From: Camelus dromedarius | Lineage: Eukaryota | NCBI RefSeq assembly: GCF_036321535.1 | Contig: NC_087436.1 | Location: 31,746,001 to 31,810,000 of the forward strand | DNA: 64,000 nt | Reading direction: 5' to 3' | Shown: in pieces, positions 41,621-55,759 of the stretch | Layout of the letters: each line of letters begins with the position of its first letter | Position numbering within the stretch: the stretch's first letter is position 1 | The notes under the pieces: model-generated | Told to the model about the DNA's origin: nothing | The model's database searches: none | Seen by the model: the letters and a program-made list of their open reading frames with translations, nothing else | Made by a program: the position numbers and the translations under genes

Positions 41621-42794
41621 TAGGGCTTTGGAAATACCAAAAACAGCTGGTGGACCCCACTGTCATGTTTGCCGAAAACCCTAGTTCGCCGAAACTCTGA
41701 AGGACAGAAGACCATGGACTGGGAAGCAGGAAATACAGTGCTTGTTTCCCCAGGTCACACCCTGGCACAATGTGTAACTTCAGAGACTGGCTAGGCCACT
41801 CAGTGCCAGGAGCCCAGCAATTACAGACACAGCCTGCAAACACCCCAACATACTTCATCCAACAGCCAAGGCCAGCCCTCCAGGGCACCTGGAGAAAGGC
41901 CTCAACAACTATGACGGCAGCTGGATGAGGGCTTGCACCAGCATGGAAAACGCCCGTCCATCCCCAACTGTAAACACCACACTGGCATTCCCCCTGGATC
42001 AGGCCACAAATCAAAGCAAAGAGCTCTAGTCCAGGAGGCCAGGCGGGCCCAGCCGTGGTACTGGGGCCCTAAGCTGACGTCTACAGCTGCCTCTCCTCCA
42101 TTTGGATGTGCTCTGCTTTGGGCTGGGAGCTGCTGCCAAACTTCTGTTGGGGCTGCAGGCTGGAAAGGCTGGACAGTGGCCACTGCACAGACCCAGCCCT
42201 TCTTACAAGCAAGGCTACAAGTACCTGGCTGAGGGCAGGCTCAACTCTGCGGACTGAGCAGGGCAGAAGGCACCCCACACACACCACCACAGGTCGACAC
42301 AAGAGGATATATGCCCATGCAAACTAGCAGGCTGGTGGCAGAAGCCTACACCATGACACAGCTGCCCTCAGAGAGGGTGGAAAGGGTGTGCCATGGTGTG
42401 GATACGTGCATATGTTTACAAAGCTTGGCATTCCGGGGCTTCTCAATGAGAGCCGCTTGTTACTGCAACCATCATCGACTATGACTAAACCATTAGGCCT
42501 GGACAGACAGCACAGCCGTACAGTACCACTACACGCTTTAACCGAAGCAACTGTGTGACACAAGGCCAGCCTGCCTTCCTTCTACTAGCAGCTATCTAAC
42601 GGACTACTGGTCCTACTAGTGTAGCCCAGGGTAGAACAAAACCCAGCCTGGTCTTCTTACGTTAACCCTCTAGGACCCTTTAAATATTCGCCTCAGTCCT
42701 CTATCCCTGCCTTCAGGGAGGCCAGCATAGACATAAGTATATTAGGAGGCGGAAGAAAATGCATGTTTAGATGAAACATTTGGTCATCTAGGGC

Positions 42795-43206
42795 TGTTAT
42801 GGCCTGAATTGTGTACATCCCCCTCTAAAATTCACATATTGAAGCCTAACCCCCAGTACTTCTGAATGCGATTATATTTGAAGATAAGGCCTTTAAATGA
42901 GTGATTCAGGTTAAATGAAGTCTTCAGGGTTGGCCCTAATGCAGTCTCCCTAGGGTCCTTACAGAAAGACATTTAGATGCAGAGACACCAGGGATGCACA
43001 TGCTCAGAGGAAAGACCCTGTGAGAGCACAGGGAGAAGGCGGCCGTCTGCAAGCCAAGGAGAGAGGCCTCAGGAGAAAGCAAACCTACTGGCACCTTGAT
43101 CTTGGACTCCAGCCTCCAGAACTGGGAGATAAGAAATAAGTATCTGTGGCTGAAGTCCCCCCCCAGTCTGTGGTATTTGTCATGACAGCCCAAGAAGACG
43201 AATGCA
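42795..43206 (+). mobile_element. MaLR solo LTR (MLT1B-like)
   Basis: TG...CA ends; ctgcaagccaaggagagaggcctcag...caccttgatcttggac..ccagcctccagaact; imperfect 5-bp TSD agggc/aggcc. Confidence 0.88.
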
Positions 43207-43267
43207 AGGCCCTGTGAGACTACCAGGAGCCTCTAAACAGCCAGAAGGACTGGACTGGGCCGGTGTC

Positions 43268-43400
43268 CGGAACTGCACCGTCCAATATGGTAGTCACTAG
43301 TGACATGGCTTTTTAAATTTTAATTTTAATTAAATTAAATTTTAAAACTCAGTTCCTTAGTTACATCAGATCATTTCCCTCCTACTGGGCAGCTCCAGTC
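43268..43400. mobile_element. MER3/MER33-like hAT fragment
   Basis: gtccaatatggtagtcactag..acatggct followed by AT-rich aattaaattaaat..aaactcagttcct. Confidence 0.6.
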
Positions 43401-45201
43401 CGGAGAGAACATTCCAAGAGAACCATTTCTAACTCAGATTTCCCAAGGTGGAAGTGAGGCAGTGCTGAGAGCCAAAAGAGTGAGCAAACACAGACCTGCT
43501 GCTCAGCCAAGAATGTATGAAAATGGAGCTCTTCGCCTTTTACTGGACACTGGTAGTATGCAGAAGGAACTCATAACCCTTCTGATTAATTCTGAACCTA
43601 AAAAGTAAGCTTTTAACTGCTGTAGGACAAAACTGTGTACTCTGAGCAAGCAGCAAGCATTTATTGAGTGCTTATGACCCCTGAGGACACTTGATAGGCA
43701 CTACAGAGTGCAGGGGAGAAATACCTAAGCACGTTTTTGCCTCAAGGAGTAAAAAGCCTAAGTAAATATTAGAGAAAACAGGTAATGAGGACTGTGAAAA
43801 CGACCAGCGCTAAGAAATTCAGAAGGCACCCCTGAAGGCAGCAGAGCCCCTCAATCCCCTCCCTGAGATGGAAGGGGAGCCCCATCTCTGGAGATCCTAC
43901 TCGTCTCTCCTTCCCTCACCCAGTTCACTCCTTTGTGCCAAACATCAGCTCCCGCTGTCTGTCTCAAAAGACCCATTCATTAAACTTCTCAGTCCCAGTC
44001 CTCCCTCCATCTGGTCACAGCTCACTTCCACGTACCTCCAAACTCCCATCACCCTCCCATCCACCAATTCTAGTTCACTGCTTCATGCTTGTATCCAAAG
44101 CTCTAATCAGGATTTGATTCCTTCTGTGTCTGAGTTTTTCTGTTTTTAATGTTTCCGGTGGCTGTCAAATGTGGCCGCCCACAACAGCAAAGCCTTGCTT
44201 TCTAATTTGCCACTTTTAACCTGCCAAAAACTTGGGAGACCAGAAAAACAACCCTGTTTGCCTAAACTAAGAAGGCTTCAGGACCTGCCCAACTTTCCCT
44301 GGCCCTCCCTTCCTCTGAATTTGTGTCTAGACATATACATCTCCACAGTGCTTCAAAAAGGCATCTCTGACTGTCCTGATGACTTTGCATCAGGCTGGGT
44401 TTTATATATGTCAAAGACACAGTTCCTTGAAAGCAGCCCCAATACCTTTCCCATCATTCAGTAGAGCAAGCAATCTTTCAAGGTTTGCCAAATTCTATCT
44501 GTAATATGAAACGTAAGCAAATGGGCTGGAGCTCAGGCACTGTGCTAGGTACAAAATTTCCTTGTTATCCAAAGGGAGCTCTTCCCCGGGTAGTCTGTTA
44601 GCTTCAATACACAGACGCTGTGTGACATTTATTTTGACTGCCTGGAAGCCAACTAACTTCTGGTTCTCAGAAGCACTGTGAAAATATGAGGATGCCAGAG
44701 CTGAGATGCAGACAGTAGTAGTATTAATACAGTCATGTTCAAATCAGTGAAGAGCACTGATTTGTGCCCTACTAAAAACCTGTACTTAGTATTTTCACAT
44801 CACACTAGGCAGCCTTCAACCGCCCTTTGTTTCAGGTTAGACTAGTTAATAATTAAGTGGCTTCGATTAAGTTCCCTTTTCATAAAAAGCAACTGTGAAG
44901 TACTGTAAATGATGTTTAGGAAAAGAGAGACACACCAGTGACTCTTGAAACTGGATTGTTCATCTCTGGATAACAAACAGGAAGCCTGAGGAATGCCCAC
45001 CTGCAGTCAACCTTACCCGGAAAGATCTGGTTACAGACCTGCAGTATCACACTCAGACAGATGTGTTTCTCAGCTGTAGCTCTTCTCTGACCTGCCTGAT
45101 ATGCAGAGGTCCTCAGCTATTTAAAGCATTACATTAAAAAATCATGTTTTTACACTGACCCAAACCCTGCTAGGCTCCAAGAACAACAAAGCAGGACTTA
45201 C

Positions 45202-45253
45202 TGCCATTGTCGTCAGAATCCTCACTGCTGCTGGGAAGGCGACCTCGTTTCAT
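45202..45253 (-). CDS. JADE1: JADE1 first coding exon (exon 45202-45279, including 26 nt of 5' UTR); MKRGRLPSSSEDSDDNG
   Basis: ATG at 45253 in context gagatcATGa; acceptor AG at 45281-45280; donor A|gtaagt at 45201; 52 coding nt, phase 1. Confidence 0.96.
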
Positions 45254-45889
45254 GATCTCCCCGGGAAACAGCAGGCAGCCTGCAAAGCAATGAGACAGCA
45301 CTTAACCCAAGATGATAATACACAATCATCAAGTTGTGCTTCAGATGGCAGCCCAGGATTTACAGCATACAAAAGCAAACAATCGGCTTTAAGTAGCATT
45401 TGAATTGTAAATAATAAAAAGACCAAAGATACATAATTAGGTGCACTCATTAACAGAACAGGTTGAAAAGGAGGGGGAGGGGCAGAGAAGTCACTTATCA
45501 GCAGGTCTCCCAAAGGTGCCAGGCTTCTCTCCCGTTCCTGTGACATTATCACTACAACTACTCCAGGAGTCTCTAGCTGACTGGCAGCAAACACTGCAGG
45601 AAAAAAACCCATGGCAATGAGCACAGTGCTTCCTCACTACAGACAGATTAATATTTTCCACGTGTATATGGGGAGTGAGGATGGGGTTGTGCCTGAATGT
45701 GTGAATATTTACACTGCTCTGGGCATCATCATGCTTTTTGGGCAAATTTTGCTAAAAGATTCCTACAAATTGAATACCTAGAGTTCTAGGAACAAAACAA
45801 ATGGGGCACTGGGAATGCAAATGCCTCCCCTAGTCATCTCCAACCTGTCAGCAATTCAAAGCTGGAAAAAGAAGGGACCACAGATATCA

Positions 45890-45995
45890 TATGGTTCTGA
45901 TCCAGACCCCTCTCCTTTACTGACTAGGATCTTTGGGCAAGTCACTGCCTAAACCTTTTTCTGGCTTCAGTTTCCTAGTCACATTGTGAACAGGG
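45890..45995 (+). mobile_element. MIR fragment
   Basis: ctttgggcaagtcac...ggcttcagtttcct. Confidence 0.55.
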
Positions 45996-47214
45996 AACGT
46001 CTGATTCTAAATCTAATTTCACTACACTTCACCCCAACCCTTTCAGCATTACAATGTGGTGTGTTTCCAGGAACGTGGCACACAGAGCAGTGTGGAGAAA
46101 AATATGGAGAACCACTGTACTAGAGTAAGACAGAAACTTCTAGAACTGTCCTAGAACAAGTCAGAATTTAAAAACCCAAAGGTCCATTCTAAATGGACCT
46201 GTAAAAGAGGAAGTTAGAAAAAGAAGAAAGCTTATCGCACAATGTAGTCTGTTCCCACCTACAAAATAGACCTATGATTCATTCAAATATTCAGGCCCCT
46301 AATCTTTAATTTCAATATTTTATATTTTCTTTCTAAGACACAGGTAGCTAGTGGTAACGGGCTACCTGTTTCCTTAACTTATCCAGTTAGGTTTGCAGAT
46401 TTTTACCAGTTGATTCTTCAAAAGCCATTAAAAGAATTTCCAAGAGGAAGCCAGGACGTGAGTACTAGGGTTTCACACTGTGAAGCAGGATCACAGTCCT
46501 AAAGCCCACCCACCCCTTTCCTGCAGAGCCCCATTTCCCTGTAACTCTAACACCCAGGGCTCGCCTGGGGCAGGTCCACCCCAGAAAGACTTCCACAGCG
46601 ACAAACCCCTGGGGTCCACTCCCCACTGGAAACAATTGTTTTCCCTACCCTGTCAGCTTGTGCCGAAACACCAACTGCTGACAGCCAACCTCTCTTCAAC
46701 AATCTTCTAGAAGAAGGCACCCCTGCTCCACCCCGGACCCAACAGGAGGTACAAGGAGAAAACAGAAAGGCAAAGCCTGCTTATTCCCAGCAACAGCTTC
46801 AGCTCCTTAGAGCCTGCATTACAAGAGAGCTTGAGAAAAAGAAGAGGGAAAAAAAAAAGTGCCACCTAAAGAGGAATTCCTTAAAAGTTAACAGCATGAA
46901 GCATCAGGGCAAGAATACAGCCCCCACCTCAGGAGCGGGTGTGAGAACTGAGAAGAGGCTGCGAAAACCCATCAAAAGCTCCCCAGCTGGAAATGAGGAA
47001 ACAAACGCTGGTTACATCACTGATTCGGACAACTGACATTTACCTAAATGCAAGAGTCTGGAGAACTTAGAATCTTTTAAAATCAAAATGCCTTCCTCTG
47101 TGCTTTCAAACACAGCTTCCAGAGAAAGCATGCACCTCAACAGTCACTGTGTGCAAGATGCAAGCACTGGCCAGGACAGAACGATCCTCCTAAACACACA
47201 TAAGTACTTGCAAG

Positions 47215-47282
47215 TGAAACAAGAGTAAAAATAATGTTTCCCTTCTAATGAAACAAGAGTAAAAATAATATTTCCCTTCTAA
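47215..47282. repeat. 34-bp tandem duplication
   Basis: tgaaacaagagtaaaaataatRtttcccttctaa twice, one mismatch. Confidence 0.95.
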
Positions 47283-47689
47283 TTTTCATCCACCCCGAAA
47301 GACCTTGAGGAATAAGGTTGAGAATGTCGTGCTGTACTTCTCCAGGGAAGCTGGCGCAGTAACGGGGAGAGTGCACGCCAGCAGTGCCTCTTCTGAGGCT
47401 CTAATGTACTTAATCCTTGACATCAGGCTGATTTATCTCACCTGGGGTTACTTACTCTATCAAGAAATCAAAGTACACACATGTTACTATCTTTAAGACA
47501 GACAGTACAGTGCCTGTCTGCTGCAAACATCTGTCCAATGAAGCCAGTGAGAGAAAGCAGAGGGCCCTCAGTATCATTTAAGGCAATGGCTGATTATTAT
47601 CTAGACAGCAGTAGAATAAGTAATAATAATAATAATAAGGCTATTTGCAACACTCCAGAGAAAGCAGCAAAAAAATACATTAGCCTATA

Positions 47690-47950
47690 ATGCATCCTAC
47701 GAACATCTGAATACCTAATATATTAGGAGGTGCTGGAGAGAAAATGACTGTCCCTGACCTCATGGAGCTTCTGGTCTAGTTGAGGTGACAGACAAGTCAA
47801 CAGGAATTCAGTGTTAGTGCCTGACAGTGGTAAACACCAGGCTCTACAGGAGCACAGGCTGATGGAGTCAGTAAGATTCTGAGCAGAGTCCTGAAGAACA
47901 AAAGGGAGGTAACAAAAAGCAGCTGCACGACACTCTGGGCAAAGCACTGT
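47690..47950. mobile_element. L2 LINE fragment
   Basis: tccctgacctcatggagcttctggtctagt...gacagaca is a typical L2 3' motif. Confidence 0.55.
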
Positions 47951-50045
47951 AATATTTAACAACGTACACGTCACCAGCATCTTCACGTTCGGAATCTTAC
48001 TGCTGCTTGCCCATTTCTTTACTAATATACAACCCTTCTGATCTTTCTATTCAATTGCCATGGCTTATCATTTCATAACATATGACCCTCTCAAGTCCTC
48101 CTACTGCCCCACCAGCTCTGCAGCCACCTACACCGAGATTACTTCAAGCACCACCCTTCTATTCTACGTGCCCAGTTTCTTACCCTTCCAATTATTAAAA
48201 CAAACAGAGCCTTCCTACAAGGTGACCTCATCACATTATTCCCTATGCCCATCTCTCTCTCAGTTTCACAATGCAAATGAGTCCAGCCAGAAACCTAGAG
48301 GTTTTCCTCCACCAGGCTCCTCCCTGCTCTACCTAAATATCTCTCCAAACAAGCCCCTGTAACCAGCTTGCCTGGCCTCTGTCCTTGAAAGCACCCCTTC
48401 TTTCCAACCTCAGCCTCTGCTGATGGTGCTCCTTGGTCCTGTCCTCCCCACCCATCTCAACACCACCTCGTCTCCAGGCTCAGTGCAAAGCCACTAAGTA
48501 CCGTCCACCATTCCAATTAAAAGCATCTACACCACTCATTTCATCTTTTTTCTTATTTTAAAACTTCTTCACCCTTTTTAATATACCATTTTCTTCAGTA
48601 GTCAATCAACTCCTGCCTTATACCATCACTTAAATGTTCTATACATGTGTGTCTCTAAAGCTTATAGTAAGTTCTGGAGAACAGAGATCCTCTCAAATCA
48701 AATGTGAAACAAAGACATCAGAGAGAGGGTTCTTGAACAGAAATAGGACTTCACAGGGTGGCTAGAACAGATGCCTCCCAGAACTCTGGATCCAATCCTC
48801 AGCAGGGCTTGTCCTCACATCCTGTCTGGTTCCATCAAAGCTGACTCAGAGGGATGCCATTTACAGGAGCCTGGAATGTCCACCCGCCATGAGAAGTTAT
48901 TAACAGCCAGGCAGACAAAATACAAACTATAAGGCATTTGGGACTTTGCCCAAAATGTGAAAGACTTACCTAGGAAGCCAGATTATAATCACAGCACTGC
49001 CTGGAAAGGCCAAGTAAGAGGAAGTCATTGTCCAAAGACCGTGGACGGAGCAGTCAAGTGACAGTCCTTTGGCACCTCCATCTCCACTGTAGGGAGGGAC
49101 ATGCCAAGACAACCAGGCACCTGTGGTGGCACCAGCTTCTCAGGAAGCATAGGTACCATCCTACCTGCTGGCCCTAAACCCTACTTAAATCACATGCAGA
49201 TGACTCTTCTTCGACCTCTTCTATCAGATGGGTTAAAATGTAGTGTAGATTAGCTAATACATTAATTTAGTTAAAACTGCATCAAGTTAGGTGCCAGAGA
49301 CATGGTGAACAAGATATGGAATGGCCCCCAGAGAGATACAGTGAGCAAATATCTAGACCAGTAACTTCAGTGTGATAACGGCTATAAAGGTTACAGGATT
49401 ACCATGCACAGACTATGATGGGACATGGCATCAGTACGTGAGAAAGCAATGTAACTGAAAACCCTGAAATTTCAGTTTCCTCCGACAGAAACTGGGGGAA
49501 AGAAAATCAGTAGGCATTTAGCTCAGAGCAGCCATTAGCTGAAGGAACCCATGCCCTAGGTGGCTCAGGAATTTGCAAGTGAACAAGTTCAGTGACCTGG
49601 GTGTGGTACCAGGGAGGCATGACTGGTATGTGACTCTAGCTAAGAAAGAGTGAGAAATGACCAAGAGGACAAAGAGAGAAGAGCTTTTACGAAAGAGTAA
49701 GATGATTAAGAACTTGAGGATGTTTATTCAATGCTACTCCTAGGAAAGAGGGACAGATTTGAAGAAAACAAACTGTCCTGTAACTAGAATTACTCTCTGT
49801 AGTGGAACAGGGACCATTTATCAGGCCATAAACTCTACAGCTATAATAAGGATTACACCCTAGTGGCTTTAATTATCTTATGGTTTATATGCAGAAAGGC
49901 TGATTTTTTTTCCAGTTTTATCCACAACTATCCATTCTTATTTATTTCACTGAAGAAGTTCTAAAAGGTACTCAGTTAAAGACCAATACATACTACTTCT
50001 CTATGTATCACCAATGTAGTGGATTAGCTATGTATTAAAATAACC

Positions 50046-50335
50046 TATAGTGGCTAACATTTGCAAATCTCAAACACCCAAATTTATCCTTTCCCCCAGT
50101 TACCATAAGATTGTTTACTATGTCTGCAAGTCTGTTTGTTTTGTAGATGAGTTCATTAGTGTCCTTTTTTTTTCCTGTATAGCACAGGGAATTATATTCA
50201 ATATCTTATAATAACCTTTAATGAAAAAGAATATAAAAACGAATATATGTATCTATGTGCATGACTGGGACATTATGCTGTACACCAGAAATTGACATAT
50301 CGGATCCGACTATGCTTCAAAACAAAAACAAAAAA
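50046..50335 (+). mobile_element. 5'-inverted, truncated LINE-1 3' UTR
   Basis: Antisense L1 3' UTR piece (50046-50173) joined to a sense L1 3' end (50175-50335) with A-rich tail; imperfect TSD. Confidence 0.8.
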
Positions 50336-53300
50336 CCTATGGGATGAATGACTGAGTTCCTGTACATAAACTATATCCTATGCTCACTCAGCTTTATAGA
50401 AAGAGATGTTTCACTTCAATATCTAATCAACCTTTAACTAGAATAACTTCCATTACTTTACCTTTAAATGTATAGGTGTCCTTCCATTCTCTGCCAAAGT
50501 TAGTAATCTAATACTTAAACATACTATATTTTTAAACGTATTTAGAAAATGTATAATACAAAATATATATTGAAGAACATATTTTCAGACACCAAGCAGT
50601 CTTTATATAAAAAGTATTTTATAATGAGCTGTTTCTATTTGCTTAGTTCACACAATTTGAATATTATTTCTAAACATTATGTAATTAATAATTTGAGTCC
50701 TAAGTTACTGGTCATAAACTACTTTCCCCATAAAGAGATTTACATTGTCTTAATAGGTCATCTTTTTGACTTCTGTGGAGCAAACAGTACTCAATGGAAC
50801 AAAGTACCCAAAAATAATAATGACCTATACTTCACAGTAACCTCCTGTCCCTAAATGCATGTGAAGGAAATCCAGCTGATTTCTTACCTCAGTTTTTAAA
50901 GCAAACATTAATCGCCTAGATAGTAAGTTTTCAAATTGACAACACTATCTAATTCATATGCTCAGAGTCTAAAAATACTAGTGTGACTATAACTTAAACC
51001 CAGATTTCTCACTTTAACCAAAGAGTTATTTACATCTGGTCAAAAAAGTAGTCATAGACTTGATTTAACTGACAAACTGCTCTGCTCTTAAGTGTTGAAG
51101 TTTTAACCTTGTCTAAATATTTTAACCCAGAAAAATGGAACTTTTAAAAATGTGTCCTTTATAATGTCATACATCAAAATTTGTTTAAAAGGAAATGCTG
51201 CCCAAGCTACTATAAAGCCTTTGCAAAGACATCATACTTGAAAATATTCAGCTGAAGAGTTTGTATTAGCAATAAATGACCACCTCAAAAATATTGTAAG
51301 AACTGACCAGATAATAACTGCAATATTTACTCCTATGTTACTAATAAAGCCCAAATTACACATTAGTTCACCATAAATTCTTTACAAACTATTTTTAAAC
51401 TCAGACCTTAAAAGTCAATAGAAGGATTTTTCAAGATTTCAAGGAATTTACAAATGAGTGGTTCTGAATGACTCACAGGCAGCTCCCATTTGCCAATTTG
51501 TAAATAATCCAATCCCTGCTTATGTGCCCTAAAACAATCTATTAAACCCCTCCCAGGTCTCTGTAATTACTGACTCAATTAGAGCCAGCACCTGAAGAGC
51601 AGCTATGACAAAACACCCCAATCATCTGTATTTGGAATATATTTTTGTTAACTCCCCTTTACGTGGGAGTAAATGAATACAGCCCCAAACAGTAAAGGCA
51701 GTCAGTCACCACGGCCTCCAATCTCGAGCTTCTATCCCTATTTCCATCTATTAAGAACTCCTTTCTGTTAGATCTATATGCTCAGATATGGAAGATGCTG
51801 AAAACTTATCAAGAAACATCAGCAAACTGTAGGGGAAAAAAACTGAAATTTGGCCCATTTATATATAAAAGAGGAGGGAAGAGAATACATACACCAATTG
51901 CTTGCATACTCGTGGAAAATTTCTGTAAGAACGTTAAAGTTAACAGTGTTTATCTCTGAGAAATTTGACTTAAGTGTTCCAGATAGACTAGTTTGGGAAT
52001 TCTTAAACTTTTACTTCTCTGTATGACCTTTCACATGATTTTAATTTTTTTTTTACCATGATCCTGTACTACTCTATTTATAATAGTAAAGATTTAAAAT
52101 CCAAAACCTTCCTTCCCTGCTCCTCATCATATTACAAAAGACCCTGGGAGCACAAGTTCTTGGCCCCACACAGAATCCAGCCTAAAATGAGCAGCCATCA
52201 AATAAACTATGTATACCCCACCTCCTTCCTGAGATGGGCTATCAACGGCTTGCCTTGCTTCAAAAGAATACCTGATGAAATAGTGCAGGAGGGAAGGAAA
52301 AAAAAAAAAAAACAGAAAAGGTAATAGGATAATGCCATAAAGTGCTATTATCACCCATTCATTATTTACTTCAAAAGCAAAAGTTTTAAAAACGTAAGAA
52401 TAGCCAATGCCAGTAGCAGGTCACTAAAAGTATATTCAGTAAGAACAGGAAAACTAATCCAGACAGGAAAACAAGGGTTTAAACTACCCTTAAAGAATAC
52501 TCAACTTCCTATCCATTTCAAGAGCAGCACTATTTTGGGGAAAAAAAGTTTAAAAAAGCTACATTCCAGAGATGTTTACCAAATACTCTATTTCCTCCTC
52601 TACCAATGGCAGGCATGGTTAATAAATTAGGTCATTCTTTTTTCCTACAAGCCCAGACATGACTTCAGAATCCTCCTTAACACAGTGCTATCACCCAGTC
52701 AGAATTTGTGAGATAATATTTGCCCTGTAGGTCCTTTTTATACTTTTTGACAATTTACCAGGGAAAAGGTGAAACCAATCTCTTCAGAATATATGAAAAT
52801 ACATTTTTCCAAAGCACTTCACTGAAATCAGATGTGTTCCATTCTGCCCTGGGGGGGTTGGTCTCTGAACCAAATTCTTATTTATCCCCCCCTCCAATAA
52901 ACACACACACACACACGTGCAAATCTTCAGGTGAAACTCTAAGTTCACTGAAGAATAACACTTTAGAAAAGCGTTAGTTAGGAGTTGGTTTCTGAACGAA
53001 ACAAAGGTAAGGATAAGGATAGGAAAGTAGTCTAACCCCCTTATTCCACCCTTGGAAGAATAAGCCAATAAATGCAAAGTGACTACAGGGTAATTTTAAA
53101 AGATTTTTAAATGCTCAAACCAGATGTTCTTATACAGGATATACAAAGCAGCTTCTGCAGAAACCAGACTCAACCAGCTAATGACAATTACACTGCACAC
53201 AGATTGAAATGCAGCTGTTCTGAGGAACTTTGTTCCTTGATTATAGCCGGTTGTCAGAAACTATCAGTTACCACTAACAATGTTAAGTCACCAAAAATTT

Positions 53301-54435
53301 TTAAAGTACTGTTTAAAAAAAAAAAGTCAGATTCCCAATGTCATACATTAGAAGACCTAGATGGCACACTTAACAAAAACTCCATTTACACATCATCTGA
53401 ATTACATACGAAAACAAATATTTCATCACAATTGTACAAGTCTTTATTATGGTCATGGAAACATAAGACAGTCTCAAAACCTAGCACCAAGGTCTGGAAA
53501 GTATTCTCTGAGGCTAAAGCTGAAAAGAGTCTCAACCATGGATTATGTCTACAGGAAATCTTCCCCAAAGAAACCCATAAAACCATAACTGTGGCACTAG
53601 AAAACATTTTAAAGATAATTTAATTTACCTTTCCTAATGTTAAAGGCAAGTATATACAATGAATTCTAGAGAGGTTAAGCAGCAAGAGTAAAGATGCAGA
53701 CAGGTCTAGGGCAAAGCCAGTGGCTGAACCAAAGACCAGTTCTCAAGGTGGGTGGCCCTCTTGTGCCACCCACCTCCTCCCAGGTGCCTGCACAGGCCTC
53801 CCACTCGACACCTACTAGGATTTAGAAAGAGGTTATCTTTAATATTAAGGCTATGCCTTATATGTTAACAGGGAGCAGACAACTAAAATGTACTCAATAA
53901 ACGATCGTCTGTTAACTTGGAACCTGAAAGTTTCCTGGCAAGCTGATGGGAAGATGGTTGCAAATGCCATTTTAACCGGTGAAGTGTACAAAAGGTAGAG
54001 CTGGAAGGAGCATGTGCTAGTCGTCCCCTGAACACTATCACAGGGTTATGAATCCCCTGAGCAGCAGGCATTAACTTCTGATTGGCATGACACACACACC
54101 CTACTTGGAGAGAGGTTATCTGCCTCTGTAGGGATCCCCAGGTTACAATGTACATTCCCTTACACAGGGCTTCCCCGCCTGGCTCCCCTGCAGGGTGTGA
54201 CTACCTGGTTGTGCTTTCCTAGGTACACAGGATCCCATGTCACACATCCTATCCTCAGAGGATCGGATCAAGGAACCAGAGTTAAGAGCCACAGCCTTTA
54301 GACTAGCCAGATCCCTCCCTATTTATCAAACAAACTTCTGACTTCAAGCTGTTATTTCAGGTTCCTATCAGAAGGGGAATTCAGTCCCAACAGAAACAAT
54401 CCAATGACCAGGTAATGCTGTGTCTCATTATAAAT

Positions 54436-54737
54436 CAGGGGTCCACAGCCTGTTTTTGTCCAGCCTCTGAGCTAAGAATGGTTTTTACATATTAAAATGG
54501 TCTGGGGAGAAGGGATCAAAGAACATTTCACGACACCTGACAATCATACAAAATTTAAATTTCACTGCCTGTAAATAGTGTTATTGGGACACAGCCATGT
54601 TCATTCATTTACCTCTTGTGTCCACTGTTTTTGCACTTATGGTGGCAGAGCTGAACAGCTGTAACAGAGACCATCAGGCCCACAGAGCCTAAAATATTTA
54701 CTATCTGGCCCTCTACTAAAAAGTTTACTGATCCTTG
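54436..54737. mobile_element. MER58-like hAT-Charlie element
   Basis: caggggt start; gagctaagaatggtttttaca; gcctaaaatatttactatctggccct; degenerate 8-bp TSD ttataaat/ctgtaaat. Confidence 0.82.
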
Positions 54738-55585
54738 CTGTAAATCAATACACTGGCAGTAAGGAGAGGGTGTTCTCTAAGTGACTTAAATAAAGGCCAT
54801 GTCTAGAAACCCATGAATTTTTCTCAAAAAAAAAAAAAACCCTGAGGCTCCTACTTGGGGTCAGCATATAGTACTAACTTGTAACTTCTAACATGCTTAT
54901 CTGATTTTCAAGCCAGTAACCAATAAGCAGAAAAATGTTCTAAGCAGGCATGTACTATAATACATGGTTAATAGTGATAAAAAAAAAATTCACCAGAATT
55001 TAAATACTAAACTGGAATCCAAGGATGCACTTAAAGGTATTCATCCAAACCCTGAAATGACATGAAAATTTCAGTGCAACCTGCTTTTTCTGAGGAAGAG
55101 GTTCCACAGGTTTTGGATCTCAAAAATGTCCTTGACCTTAAAAAAGCTACAAGCCACCAGTACTCAGCCTACACCTCTTAAGTGCATCATTGTATTTCAA
55201 CACTGAAATAATTAATGCTGATAAAAATGACCATGAGTAATCAAGAAAAATCTTAAATCACATTAAGTGTACTCTGTGCTAAACAAAAGCAAGCCACACA
55301 GCTCAAACTCCAGCAACTTATTAACCTTGCCAATTCTTGCTGTTTACCCTGCATTAGTAGTAAAAGTTTTCAAACTTCACTTAAAATAACTCCTTAGAAA
55401 CTGTCTTAGAAGCAGTCATTAATTTTCAAATTAATAAGATCTCCTGTGCAGACATTAAATGATCGATATTAAAAGGTACTTATTATTGACAATTGGGAGT
55501 ACTTCCAAAAACAAGAGAAAATTCTGTTTTAATTCCTTCAACAAGTAAGTCCAAAAGAACCTAAAGCTTTAAAAGTAAATAAATA

Positions 55586-55759
55586 GGCCTCTCTCTCTCT
55601 GGTCTTCAGAGACGGCCTGCACTCTGTCTATGGAGTGTGTATCTACTTTTACTTTAACCTGAGCTTCCAATCCCCACACCTTGTGGCCTTTCTCTTGCCT
55701 TCTGAAACAGCCTGCACTCTATTCAGTGTGTATCTCTCTAAATAAATCTACCTTTACTC
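55586..55759 (+). mobile_element. LTR-like 3' fragment flanked by a 13-bp direct repeat
   Basis: aagtaaataaata at 55573-55585 and 55760-55772; AATAAA near the insert end; internal duplicated motif. Confidence 0.65.

Noticed and set aside
53111..53623. 170-aa + strand ORF in AT-rich intron 1
   Set aside because: Fairly long for AT-rich DNA, but no recognisable homology, it crosses a poly(A) run, and I saw no supporting gene structure. tBLASTn or PhyloCSF would settle it.
53746..53775. 11-bp perfect stem with 8-nt loop (similar short palindromes near 46180 and 36773)
   Set aside because: Isolated short inverted repeats like this can arise by chance in 64 kb, and there is no supporting context.
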